Source: Dehalococcoidia bacterium (GTDB lineage: Bacteria; Chloroflexota; Dehalococcoidia; Bin125). From it: DNA of 64,000 nucleotides. This document shows positions 31,630 to 40,451 of this stretch, in pieces; the first letter of the stretch is position 1; every line of letters starts with the position of its first letter. Below the pieces are notes generated by a model. That model worked only from the letters and a program-made list of their open reading frames with translations. It was not told the DNA's origin and did not search any database. The position numbers and the translations under genes were made by a program. Where the stretch lies: positions 128,001-192,000 of the forward strand of contig CAXXNO010000004.1 in NCBI GenBank assembly GCA_963663235.2, read 5' to 3'.

Positions 31630-32655
31630 GTGACGCTGCGCAGCGGGACCGCAGTGCGATGGGCGATCGTCGGGGCGGCATGCGCGCTGGCGGCGCTGGC
31701 CGCGGGCTGCGGAGGCGAGGCCGCAACGGACGGGGAGAGCGCGTCGCGCGCCGTCGTGGAGCCGGCGGTCGAGATGGCGGCGATCGAAGAGGTGGCGGCA
31801 GAGCCGGAAGTGGCGGCCCCCGAACCGCCCCCAGCGGAACCGCGCGCAGCCGATGACCCAGCGCCGAGGAGCGAGGCGCCGCGCCGACCGGTGGTTGTGC
31901 TGGACCCCGGACACGGGGGCACCGACGTGGGCGCGATGGCGCACGGGGTCACGGAGAAGCATTCCAACCTGGCGATGGCGCTGCGCATCAAAGCGCTGCT
32001 GGAGGCGGCGGGCATTGACGTGGTACTGACGCGTGAGAGCGACGAGCGGCTGGCGGAGGCGCCATTGGAGACGGAGCTGCCGCGGTTCGCACGGTTCGCG
32101 GCCAATCGGGCGGACCTGCAAGCGCGAGTCGATCTGGCCAACGGCGCAGAGGCCGACCTGCTCGTGGCGATCCATTCGAACGGGCATCCGGAGGGAAACG
32201 TGCGGGGGGTGGAAGCGTGGTACGACCCCACCCGGCCGTTCGCGGACGAGAACCTGCGCATCGCCGAGTTGTTGATCGCGCACGTGATCACGGAGTTGGG
32301 AGCGTTCGGATATGCGGCGTTCGATCGGGGGGCGCTGGACGACACCTGCTGGCGATCGTTCGAGGGGAACTGCTTTGCGCTGTTCATGCTGGGCCCGCCG
32401 CGCGTGATGCAGCGCGAGCGGCTGGAGGACTTCGGCATCGATCCGGCGGTGCTCGGGTTCGCCCCCGACCAGGAGACGCTGGTCACGCGCGCGACGCAGA
32501 TGCCCGGCGCGCTGGTGGAGCTGCTCTTCATCTCGAACGAAGCGGACGCCGCCGTCCTGCACAGTGATGCCGGGCAGGAGGCCCTGGCCCGAGGGGTCGC
32601 GGGGGCGGTTCTCGCCTATTTCAACATTGAACCGACTGAGGGCGAGCCGGACTGA
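31630..32655 (+). CDS. N-acetylmuramoyl-L-alanine amidase (Amidase_3), lipoprotein
   Basis: Lipobox LAAGC; VVLDPGHGG, EK..NL, IHSN, MPGALVELLFISN zinc and catalytic residues. Confidence 0.88.
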   Translation: MTLRSGTAVRWAIVGAACALAALAAGCGGEAATDGESASRAVVEPAVEMAAIEEVAAEPEVAAPEPPPAEPRAADDPAPRSEAPRRPVVVLDPGHGGTDVGAMAHGVTEKHSNLAMALRIKALLEAAGIDVVLTRESDERLAEAPLETELPRFARFAANRADLQARVDLANGAEADLLVAIHSNGHPEGNVRGVEAWYDPTRPFADENLRIAELLIAHVITELGAFGYAAFDRGALDDTCWRSFEGNCFALFMLGPPRVMQRERLEDFGIDPAVLGFAPDQETLVTRATQMPGALVELLFISNEADAAVLHSDAGQEALARGVAGAVLAYFNIEPTEGEPD

Positions 32656-32659
32656 TCGG

Positions 32660-33366
32660 TCAGCGCCCGGTTCCCGGGCGGTCCCGCCCGGAGCGGCGCG
32701 GGGTCAAGCGGGCGAGAAGGGGACGGCGCGCGAGGCGAGCCGTGGCGGCGAGCGCCACGAACCCCGCAGCCGCTATCGCCGCGAGCAGCGCCGCGAGCAG
32801 CGCCGCAGATGCGCCGCAGATGCGCCGCCGTCACCGGCGCCGGCCAGGCCGCCGCCGCCCGCGGCGGGCAGGGCAGCCGGCGGGGAGTCCTCCGGGCCAG
32901 CCTCCACCTCTGGAGCAGCCTCTTCCACCGGCGCCGAGACCGTGAACGCGACCGTCATTCCGGCCTCGTAGTGGAAGGGGACGTTGCAGATAAGCACGTA
33001 GTCCCCGGGTGCGAGCGTGAAGGTCGCGCTCTGCGTCAGGCCGGGGGCGACCTCCTCGATCTCGCCGATCACGTCGAGCGCGCTCACGTCGACCTCGGCG
33101 CCGTCCGCGGTCAGCGGCAGCGCGGCGGGGGCCAGATCAGTGCGGATGACGATGAGCTCGTGCTCCCCCGAGCCGGTGTTGGCGGCCTCGAAGGTGACGT
33201 CCCCGGCCTCGACCGAGCCGACGTCCGGCGTCACGCTCCATTCGTGCAGGTCAACGTTCACCGTCGCGGCGTGGGCTGATACGTCGCCGCCTTGGGCCGC
33301 GACGGCGAACAGCGCAACTGCCGCGGTGAATCCCACGAGCGTCAGCACAGCGGTCGACGGGCTCAT
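32660..33366 (-). CDS. Secreted cupredoxin (blue copper) protein whose C-terminal anchor is frameshifted by an 11-bp duplication
   Basis: ATG 33366 after AAGGAG; HELIV and YVLICNVPFHYEAGM type-1 copper ligands; LPAAG. As written it stops at 32773; removing one GGCGCATCTGC copy restores a TM helix and basic tail ending at 32660. Confidence 0.8.
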
Positions 33367-33512
33367 GCATCGCTCCTTGTCATTTTTCATTGCCGCGGGC
33401 TGCGGAGGCGACTCCGCGGCGGACGGGGAGAGCGCATCCCCCGCCGACTCTGCGACGGCGCGCGAGGCTAGAACGGCGGCGGGCACCGTTCAGCATTTGT
33501 TTCGATGATGAA

Positions 33513-33956
33513 TCATACAGCGTCATCCGGGGACGAGGGCACGTCGATCATGGCTGTTCGAGGCGGAGCTCGTAGGCGACGGTGACGGCGGGCGCGGCCA
33601 CAGCGGTGTGGGGTCAATCGGGCGAGGGGTGTCACGGCGGGGAAGGTTGAGCGGATGGGCGCGGAGGGCATCGTGGGGTCCGGCCCGGAAGGGAACGGGT
33701 TTTCTGTCACCCCGCGCGAGGCGCGCCGCATCTGGTGGAGCAGGGCGAAGGCGCGTCGGAGGGGGCGGAAAGGGACAGAAAGGGACGGCAGCCGACGCGG
33801 GCCGGACACGGATCGGACGGGGCGTGGACGTCGATCGGACAGGGGGGCGGCACGGCGTCGCAGCCGGGGGCCGCGCGCGAGGCCGTGCAGGAGGGCGCGG
33901 ACCCGATCGTCGGTGGGGGGAGGGACGGAGAGCAGGGGATCGCGACACTCGAACAT
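33513..33956 (-). CDS. Pro/Arg-rich hypothetical protein, probably leaderless and LexA-regulated
   Basis: ATG lies inside a LexA box, 7 nt after a perfect TATAAT; no recognisable domain. Confidence 0.45.
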   Translation of the reverse strand: MFECRDPLLSVPPPTDDRVRALLHGLARGPRLRRRAAPLSDRRPRPVRSVSGPRRLPSLSVPFRPLRRAFALLHQMRRASRGVTENPFPSGPDPTMPSAPIRSTFPAVTPLARLTPHRCGRARRHRRLRAPPRTAMIDVPSSPDDAV

Positions 33957-33992
33957 GTGTTCTATTATAGCGGACCCGGGGTGCTCTGTGAA
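33951..33992 (-). promoter_or_regulatory. Sigma70 promoter with overlapping LexA (SOS) box
   Basis: Minus strand TTCACA (33992-33987)-17 nt-TATAAT (33969-33964); GAAC-ATGT-GTTC at 33951-33962. Confidence 0.8.
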
Positions 33993-34010
33993 ATGGGCAG
34001 CCGGAGGGGG

Positions 34011-34499
34011 CTAGCGGAGGGCGTAGACGTCGGTGATGGAGCCGCCGAGGTCCGGGTTGACTTGGGCGATGCCGACGGCCTGGACGCGGTTGAGCCAGAG
34101 GTAGTCGGGGTGGGAGGTCTCGAAGCGGGGGAGGGTGCGGACGATCTTGGCGGGGGGCAACTGGCCGCGTCGGATCTGTTCGAGGGCGTTTTCTCCGAAG
34201 TCGGCAAGGCCGCTGTAGTAGTTGTAGATGAGGGCGCCGTCGTGGGTCTCGATGGTGCCGCGGGCGTCGACCACGCCCATGCCGTCGGGGCGGACGATGA
34301 GCCAGTCGCCGCCGACGGGGAGGAAGCGGCCGCGCAGCCTGGGGCCGACGAGCTCGCCGCCCTCGCGGTAGACGATGAGGCGCAGGCCGGCGGGGCTCTC
34401 GCCGATGAGCTCGGGCGGCAGGCGCAGCTTGGACTGGCTGCTGTAGAGGTACTCCAGGTCGTACTTGTTGTGCGGTCCGCCTTCGAGCGTGGATGGCAT
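34011..34499 (-). CDS. DUF3237 family protein
   Basis: GPRLRG..LP.GGDW..VRPDG....DAR..IETHDGALIY; PRFETSHPDY.WLN. Confidence 0.88.
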   Translation of the reverse strand: MPSTLEGGPHNKYDLEYLYSSQSKLRLPPELIGESPAGLRLIVYREGGELVGPRLRGRFLPVGGDWLIVRPDGMGVVDARGTIETHDGALIYNYYSGLADFGENALEQIRRGQLPPAKIVRTLPRFETSHPDYLWLNRVQAVGIAQVNPDLGGSITDVYALR

Positions 34500-34507
34500 G
34501 GGTGATC

Positions 34508-34680
34508 CTCCTTCGATCCTTCGACAAGCCTTCGACCTCGCTCAGGCCAGGGCTCAGGACAGGTTTGCTCAGGATACGCGGGGGGAGGGGGAACCTCACC
34601 CTTCCGCTGTGCGAAGGGCGCAAGCGCCCCCTGGCCCTCCTTCGACTCGCCTGCGGCTCGCTCAGGAGAGGGGGAGAAGA
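34508..34680. repeat. Intergenic nested palindromic (REP/MITE-like) repeat cluster
   Basis: Multiple CCTTCGA(C)...GCTCAGG units plus CCTCACCCTTCCGCTGTGCGAAGGGCGCAAGCGCCCCCTGG, shared with the 39.4 and 40.5 kb clusters. Confidence 0.85.
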
Positions 34681-34684
34681 AGGG

Positions 34685-36061
34685 CTAGAGCGGGGGGCGG
34701 CGGGTGTGCCAGTCGGTGGCCTGTTGGTAGGCGTGGGCGACGCGGAAGAGGCCGACCTCGTCGAAGTGGCGGGCGGCGATCTGGAGGCCGATGGGCAGGC
34801 CCCGGCTGTCGAAGCCGCCGGGGAGGCTGAGGGCGGGGACGCCGGTGACGTTGAAGTCCATGATGTAGCGCGCGAGCACGAACCTGGGGTCGCCCTCCTC
34901 GATGGTGGGGGCGACGACGGGGCTGGTGGGGGAGATCAGCACGTCGACGTGCTGTAGCGCCTCGCGGGTCTCGGCGATCAGTTGCGTGCGCAGGCGCTGC
35001 GCGTTGACGTAGGCCGTCGCCGGGATGAGGCTGCCCGCCTCCAGCAGGGCGCGGGACTCCGGGCTATAGCGGTCGCCGTACTCACGCAGCCAGGGAGCGT
35101 GGTAGGTGGCGACCTCGACGGCCAGGATGGGAAGGCGACGGTTGGCAGCAAGGAGCGGAAGCGAGACGTCGCGGACCTCCGCGCCCAACCCGCGGTAGAG
35201 ACCGAGCGCGGCCTCGCAGGCGGCCTCGACCTCCTCATCGCAGCGGTTCCAGAACAGGTCGCGGGCCAGGCCGATGCGGAGCCCCTCGACGCCCTTGCCC
35301 AAATCACGGGTGAAGTCCTCGACCGGCTCGTCGGCGGAGCCGGAATCGGCGGGGTCGTAGCCGGCCATCGCGTTGAGCATGAGCGCGGCGTCCTCCACCG
35401 TCCTAGTGAACGAGCCGAGGTGGTCCAGCGACCAGGAGAAGGCGAGCACGCCGATGCGGCTGATGCGACCGTAGGTGGGCTTGAAGCCCACGAGATTGCA
35501 GAGCGCCGCGGGGAGGCGGACCGAGCCACCGGTATCGGTCCCGAGCGAGCCCAGAGCGGAGCCAGCGGCCACGGAGGCCGCGCTGCCGCCGCTGCTGCCA
35601 CCGGCCACGCGCGTCGTGTCCCAAGGGTTGGCCACCGCGCCGTAGAACGGATTGATGCTGGTGGTGCTGAGGGCGAACTCGTGCAGGTTGAGCTTGCCGG
35701 TCAACACCGCGCCCGCCTCCTTGAGGCGAGTGACCACCGCGGCGTCCACCTCCGGGACGCGGTCGCGGAGGAAATCGGAGCCGGCGGTAGTGGTGATGCC
35801 GGCGGTATCGATCACGTCCTTGAGAGCGAGAGGGATGCCGTGCAGCGGACCGCGGTCGCGGCCGGCGCGGAGCTCATCGTCGGCGGCGGCGGCGCGCTCG
35901 CGGGCGAGGCCGGCCGTGACGGTGATGTAGGTGCGGAGGGCGGGCTGGGTCTGCTCGATGCGAGCGAGGACGGAGTCGGTGAGAGCAGCCGAGGTGAGGG
36001 AGCCGTCGCGCAGGGCGTCGCCGGCTTGGCGGATGGTGAGGTCGTAGGGCTCGCTACCCAT
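34685..36061 (-). CDS. Amidase signature family enzyme (GatA/AtzE-like)
   Basis: GPLHGIPLALKD, GGSSGGSAA, GTDTGGSVRLPA, GLPIGLQI. Confidence 0.92.
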   Translation of the reverse strand: MGSEPYDLTIRQAGDALRDGSLTSAALTDSVLARIEQTQPALRTYITVTAGLARERAAAADDELRAGRDRGPLHGIPLALKDVIDTAGITTTAGSDFLRDRVPEVDAAVVTRLKEAGAVLTGKLNLHEFALSTTSINPFYGAVANPWDTTRVAGGSSGGSAASVAAGSALGSLGTDTGGSVRLPAALCNLVGFKPTYGRISRIGVLAFSWSLDHLGSFTRTVEDAALMLNAMAGYDPADSGSADEPVEDFTRDLGKGVEGLRIGLARDLFWNRCDEEVEAACEAALGLYRGLGAEVRDVSLPLLAANRRLPILAVEVATYHAPWLREYGDRYSPESRALLEAGSLIPATAYVNAQRLRTQLIAETREALQHVDVLISPTSPVVAPTIEEGDPRFVLARYIMDFNVTGVPALSLPGGFDSRGLPIGLQIAARHFDEVGLFRVAHAYQQATDWHTRRPPL

Positions 36062-36063
36062 CG

Positions 36064-36267
36064 TTAGTCCCTCCGGATACGCAAGGCGAAGGCGGGGTGG
36101 GTGTCGCCCAAGTCGAGGGCGGTGTACTGCCCGAAGCGCGAGAGGAGGGCCTCGGCGAGGGGCGCCATCGCACGGAGGCGGTCATCGGGGAGGTCGAGGC
36201 CGGCGGCTTCGGCCAAGACGCGCAGGCGGGCGAGGCGCTGGGCCTCGTCGAGGTCGTCGGTGGGCAC
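36064..36267 (-). CDS. Small GatC/AtzG-like amidase partner protein
   Basis: GTG 36267 after AAGGAG; 67 aa (LAEAAGLDLPDDRL...LDLGDTHPAF); stop 2 nt before the amidase start. Confidence 0.7.
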   Translation of the reverse strand: MPTDDLDEAQRLARLRVLAEAAGLDLPDDRLRAMAPLAEALLSRFGQYTALDLGDTHPAFALRIRRD

Positions 36268-36417
36268 GGTCGGGCTCCTTCGCAGCGCGGGGCGCGGGGC
36301 CGCAGGATAGCAGCGTGGGGGCCGGCGGGGGGGCTGGAAGCGAGCGGCGGCTTGGCGGCGGCGGGGGCGTACGACAGAATGGCCGCACGATCCAGAGAAC
36401 CGCAAGAAGGAAGCGCC

Positions 36418-37617
36418 ATGGACGACGGCCGGGGCATCCGCGACAAGGTGTGCATCGTTGGAGTGGGGGAGTCGGAGTACGGACGGCACGGCTCGATCGA
36501 CCGTCCGGAGTTTCAGCTGGCGCTGCAGGCGATCCTGGCGGCGTGCGCCGACGCGGGGCTGGACCCGCGCCGCCTGGACGGGTTTGCGTCGTACGCGAAC
36601 GACCGCAACGACCCGATGCGAGTGGCGACGGCGCTGGGGGTCCCGGATTACGGCTTCAGCAACATGTACTGGGGCGGCGGGGGCGGGGGAGTGGCCGGCG
36701 CGGTTGGCAACGCAGCGGCGGGGATCGTGGCGGGGTACGCGGACTACGTCGTCTCGTACCGGGCGCTGGCGCAGGGGCAATTCCGTCGCTTCGGGCAGTT
36801 GCTGATGGAGGGGCGGGTGAACGAAGCGAACGCGTTTCGCCTGCCGGCAGGGCTGCTCACGCCGGCGCAGCGGTTCGCGATGCCGATCAAGCGCTACATG
36901 CACGAATACGGGATCACGAGCCGACAGCTGGGACAGATCGCGGTGGCATCGTACAAGCACGCGCAGCACAACCCGCGGGCGGTGATGTACGGCAAGCCGA
37001 TCACGATCGAGGACCACCAGAACTCGCGGATCATCGCCGACCCGCTGCGGCTGTTCGACTGCTGCCAGGAGACCGACGGCGCGGCGGCGGTGATCCTGAC
37101 GACACCGGAGCGGGCGCGGGACCTCAAGCGGAAGCCCGTCTACCTGGGGGGTGCGGCGCAGGGGAGCTCCTACCGGCAGGGCGCCGGGGGCGAGACGCGG
37201 CCGGACTACAGCACGGCGGGGTTCTCGACGGTGGCGCGGCGGCTGTTCAAGTCGGCGGGGATGGGGCCGGAAGAGATCGACGTGGCGCAGATGTACGAGA
37301 ACTTCACGGGCCTGGTGCTGATGTCGCTGGAGGACCACGGCTTCTGCGGGCGGGGCGAGGCGGGGCAGTTCGTCGAGGGGGGGCGCATCGAACACAAGCG
37401 AGTCGCCGAGGTGGACGCCCCCCACGCCGGCGAACTGCCGATCAACACCAGCGGCGGCAACCTGGCCGAAGCGTACACGCACGGCTTCGAATTGATGGTG
37501 GAAGGGGTGCGGCAGATGCGCGGGGACTCCACGCTGCCGGTGGAGGGGGCGCGGACGTGTCTGGTGTCGAGCGGGCCGGGGGTGGCGCCGGTCAGCGACG
37601 TGATCCTGCACAACTGA
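36418..37617 (+). CDS. Thiolase-like SCP-x / Ltp2-type protein
   Basis: IVGVGES, PLRLFDCCQETDGAAA, IDVAQMYENF, INTSGGNLAEAYTHG. Confidence 0.88.
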   Translation: MDDGRGIRDKVCIVGVGESEYGRHGSIDRPEFQLALQAILAACADAGLDPRRLDGFASYANDRNDPMRVATALGVPDYGFSNMYWGGGGGGVAGAVGNAAAGIVAGYADYVVSYRALAQGQFRRFGQLLMEGRVNEANAFRLPAGLLTPAQRFAMPIKRYMHEYGITSRQLGQIAVASYKHAQHNPRAVMYGKPITIEDHQNSRIIADPLRLFDCCQETDGAAAVILTTPERARDLKRKPVYLGGAAQGSSYRQGAGGETRPDYSTAGFSTVARRLFKSAGMGPEEIDVAQMYENFTGLVLMSLEDHGFCGRGEAGQFVEGGRIEHKRVAEVDAPHAGELPINTSGGNLAEAYTHGFELMVEGVRQMRGDSTLPVEGARTCLVSSGPGVAPVSDVILHN

Positions 37618-37633
37618 GACGAGCGAGAGGGCC

Positions 37634-38092
37634 ATGAGCAAAGACGGCGCGGAGTTCGTCGATAGCCGCTACTTCCCCGAAGGGGTGCCCGAGCCGGACC
37701 CGGACGATCCGCTGAGCAAAGGGTTCTGGGACGCGGCGAAAGAGGGGCGGCTGGTGGTGCAATGCTGCCAGGGCTGTGGGACGTTGCAGCATCCGCCGGA
37801 GCTGATCTGCCACCAGTGTCTATCGTTCGACCACCTGAGCTGGCAGGTGATGGCGGGAACGGGGACCGTGTGGTCTTGCATTAACGTGGTGCATCCCGCG
37901 AACGCCAAGGTGAAGGAGCGCGGCCCCTATAACGTCGCGCTGGTGCAACTGGACGACCACCCCGAGATCCGGATGCTGAGCAACGTCATCGACGTAGAGT
38001 TCGACGAGTTGGAGATCGGGATGCCGGTGCGGGTGGTGTTCGAGCGGACGGCGCCGGACCTGGTGCAGCCGCGGTGGCGCCGGGCGGAGTAG
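37634..38092 (+). CDS. DUF35 Zn-ribbon / OB-fold protein
   Basis: FWDAAKEGRL..QC C..C...HPP...C..C; GTGTVWS; IGMPVRVVF. Confidence 0.9.
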   Translation: MSKDGAEFVDSRYFPEGVPEPDPDDPLSKGFWDAAKEGRLVVQCCQGCGTLQHPPELICHQCLSFDHLSWQVMAGTGTVWSCINVVHPANAKVKERGPYNVALVQLDDHPEIRMLSNVIDVEFDELEIGMPVRVVFERTAPDLVQPRWRRAE

Positions 38093-38107
38093 CGAGCCGG
38101 AACACCA

Positions 38108-38953
38108 GTGCGGGTGACCTTCCTGGGCACGGGGATGAGCGTCCTCAGCGCCGAGCGGGCGGGGGCGGCGCTCTTCGTGGCCGAAGAGGAAGCGGGCATC
38201 CTGCTGGACTGCGGCCCGGGCGCGCTGGAGCGCGCGGCCGCGGCCGGGATCGCGCTGGAGCGCATCCAGGCGGTCTTTCTCAGCCACCTGCACTTCGACC
38301 ACGCGCTGGGCATGGCAGAGTTGTTGACGCGCCTCGCCTTCACCGGCAAGCCGCTGCCGGCGGTCTACGGGCCCGCGGGCACAGGCGACTACGTGTCGAG
38401 CGCGGCGGAGTACGGGCGGACGCAGTTGCGTTACCTGGGCGGCGGGCGGTTCGTCGAGCGGCTGGAGCGCGTGGAGGTGGAAGAGGTGGCATCGGGCGAC
38501 GAGCGGGTGGTGGCGGGGCTGCGGGTGGCGTCGGTGGCGGTGCCGCACTCGGTGCACATCGCGGCGCAGGCGCGTCGGGTCAGCGTTGCGGATGCGTCGG
38601 GATCGGAAGGCGCGCTGATTTATGGCGGGGACTGTCGCCCCGCGCCGGAGGTTCTCATTCCGTTCGGCCGTGACGCGGCGGTGCTGGTGCACGAGTGCTA
38701 CAGCGAGGAGGGGCTGCGCGCCTACGCGGAGACGCTCAGCGTGGAAGCGGGGGCGGCGATGCGAAGCGCGTTCGCGCGGTCGCACAGCACGGTGGGAGAG
38801 GCGGCGCGGATCGCGCAGTTGGCGGGGGTGCGGCGGCTGGCGCTGACACACCTGCTGCCGACGGAGCGCGAGGAGCGGCTGTTCGAAACGGCGCGGCAGC
38901 ACTTCGCGGGGGATGTGATCATCGCGCGGGACGGCTTGAGCATCGCGGTGTAG
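38108..38953 (+). CDS. Metallo-beta-lactamase fold hydrolase, RNase Z-like
   Basis: FLGTG, LLDCGPG, SHLHFDH, VHEC, SHST, LTHL. Confidence 0.87.
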   Translation: MRVTFLGTGMSVLSAERAGAALFVAEEEAGILLDCGPGALERAAAAGIALERIQAVFLSHLHFDHALGMAELLTRLAFTGKPLPAVYGPAGTGDYVSSAAEYGRTQLRYLGGGRFVERLERVEVEEVASGDERVVAGLRVASVAVPHSVHIAAQARRVSVADASGSEGALIYGGDCRPAPEVLIPFGRDAAVLVHECYSEEGLRAYAETLSVEAGAAMRSAFARSHSTVGEAARIAQLAGVRRLALTHLLPTEREERLFETARQHFAGDVIIARDGLSIAV

Positions 38954-38966
38954 GCGGGGAGGCCGA

Positions 38967-39326
38967 GTGGAGGTCAGCGAGCTGACGGTGATGGTTGGGA
39001 GCGAGCAACCCGAGCGGCTGGCGGCGTTCTATCGCGACGCGCTGGGGCTGCCGCTGCTGCCCGAATTTCACGACCCGGTCTTCCGCGTCGGCGGGGCGAA
39101 GGTGCGGATCATCCGCCACTCGGCGGTGGAGGGACGGAACCGAGAGCCGGCGCGGGTGCAGATCAACCTGTTCGTGGAGGACGTGCGGGCGGAGTGGGAG
39201 CGGCTGACGGCGCTGGGGGTGCCGTTCGCGCGGGAGCCGGAGCGGGAGGGGTGGGGCGGGGTGGTGGCGACGATGGAGGACCCGGACGGGAACTACGTGC
39301 AGATCATCGAGCAGGTGCGAGGCTAG
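38967..39326 (+). CDS. VOC/glyoxalase family protein
   Basis: AFYRDALGL, VEDV, WGG...EDPDGNYVQI. Confidence 0.88.
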   Translation: MEVSELTVMVGSEQPERLAAFYRDALGLPLLPEFHDPVFRVGGAKVRIIRHSAVEGRNREPARVQINLFVEDVRAEWERLTALGVPFAREPEREGWGGVVATMEDPDGNYVQIIEQVRG

Positions 39327-39341
39327 GGGGGCTGTCGGCGG

Positions 39342-39720
39342 ACCTCACCCGCCTCTCCCCCTCTCCATCGGCAAGCGATGGAGAGGGGGAGAGGCGGGTC
39401 GGGCGGGGAGGGGGCATTCGGCGTCGGGCGGGGAGAGCTCACCCTTCCGCTGTGCGAAGGGCGCAAGCGCCCCCTGGCCTCCTCCATAGGTGGGGAACGA
39501 ACCTCACCCGCCTCTCCCCCCTCTCCATCGGCAAGCGATGGAGAGGGGGGAGAGGCGGGTCGGCCGGCGAGGGGGCGTTCGGCGTCGGGCGGGGAGACCT
39601 CACCCTTCCGCTGTGCGAAGGGCGCAAGCGCCCCCTGGCCTCCTTCGACTCGCCTGCGGCTCGCTCAGGACAGGCCCTCTCCATCCTTCTCAGGAGGGAA
39701 GGATGGAGAGGGGGGAGAAG
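39342..39720. repeat. Palindromic repeat cluster; 39438-39685 is the left copy of an about 250-bp direct repeat
   Basis: Two CCTCACCCGCCTCTCCCC..CTCTCCATCGGCAAGCGATGGAGAGGGGG.AGAGGCGGGT hairpins and two CTTCCGCTGTGCGAAGGGCGCAAGCG units. Confidence 0.9.
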
Positions 39721-39809
39721 GGTCGGACATCGAGGGGCTCAGGGCAGGCAAGGCGAGCGGAGCAGGGGGGAGGAGCGATCTGTAGGGCGGGCGGCGGTCG
39801 TCTGCTCAA

Positions 39810-39832
39810 GAGTGATATTGATACAATCACTC
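39810..39832 (+). promoter_or_regulatory. Palindromic operator upstream of higB (probable HigA site)
   Basis: GAGTGAT-ATTGATACA-ATCACTC inverted repeat in an AT-rich patch about 20 nt before the toxin start. Confidence 0.55.
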
Positions 39833-39853
39833 CATCACACCTAGTCTGCTTAG

Positions 39854-40147
39854 GTGGAGGTTGAGTACCGCAGCAGGTCTCTGGCGAGGCGGGGCGCCGA
39901 TGAGCGGGAGGCCGCGAAGGCGTGGGGTGTGTCTGTTGCGCGCAAATACATCCAGCGCTTGCAGATCATCGCCGCGGCACCGACGTGGGAAGCCCTGCGG
40001 TCGTACCGCGCTCTGGGCCTTCATCCGCTCAAAGGTACGCGCCGGGGGGAGTACGCGATGACGTTGACGGGTCGTTGGCGGCTGATCGTGCGGCCTGAGG
40101 GCGAGACGGTTTGGATCGAGGAGGTATCACAGCACTATGGCGATTAA
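39854..40147 (+). CDS. higB: RelE/ParE-superfamily toxin HigB
   Basis: LHPLKGTRRGEYAMTLTGRWRLIV...IEEVSQHY; toxin-before-antitoxin order. Confidence 0.9.
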   Translation: MEVEYRSRSLARRGADEREAAKAWGVSVARKYIQRLQIIAAAPTWEALRSYRALGLHPLKGTRRGEYAMTLTGRWRLIVRPEGETVWIEEVSQHYGD

Positions 40148-40439
40148 CCGGACCCAGATTGCGGAACTGCCGATCCCGCCGGGGGAGCTGCTTGCCGAGG
40201 AGTTGGAGGCGCGAGCGATGACGCAAAAGGCGCTTGCGGAGGCGATGGGGCGACCGGCCAAGGTGATCAACGAGATCATCAGCGGTAAGAAGGCGATCAC
40301 CGCCGAGACGGCGCTGCAGCTGGAGCGAGTACTCGGGACCGACGCGACGACGTGGGTGCGACTCGAGGCGGACTATCAGCTCCGCAAGGCGAGGCGCGCG
40401 GCGGAGGAGCGGGAAAGGGCGGCGGCTACGGGAGCCTGA
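40137..40439 (+). CDS. higA: HigA antitoxin (XRE HTH)
   Basis: PPGELLAEEL, MTQKALAEAMGRP, INEIISGKKAITAETALQL, W..L.ADY. Confidence 0.93.
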   Translation: MAINRTQIAELPIPPGELLAEELEARAMTQKALAEAMGRPAKVINEIISGKKAITAETALQLERVLGTDATTWVRLEADYQLRKARRAAEERERAAATGA

Positions 40440-40451
40440 GGCGGGCGCAAC

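Noticed and set aside
29422-32562. 1046-aa minus-strand ORF (also 43430..45913, 53818..55827 and 36064..37641)
   Set aside because: Antisense shadows of well-supported genes in high-GC DNA, with Arg/Pro-rich nonsense composition. Only the last 67 codons of the 36064 frame look real.
34685-36267. gatCA of the Glu/Asp-tRNA amidotransferase
   Set aside because: No gatB follows, and the amidase lacks the GatA-typical SNL.R.DG..YG and RRI..GT segments.
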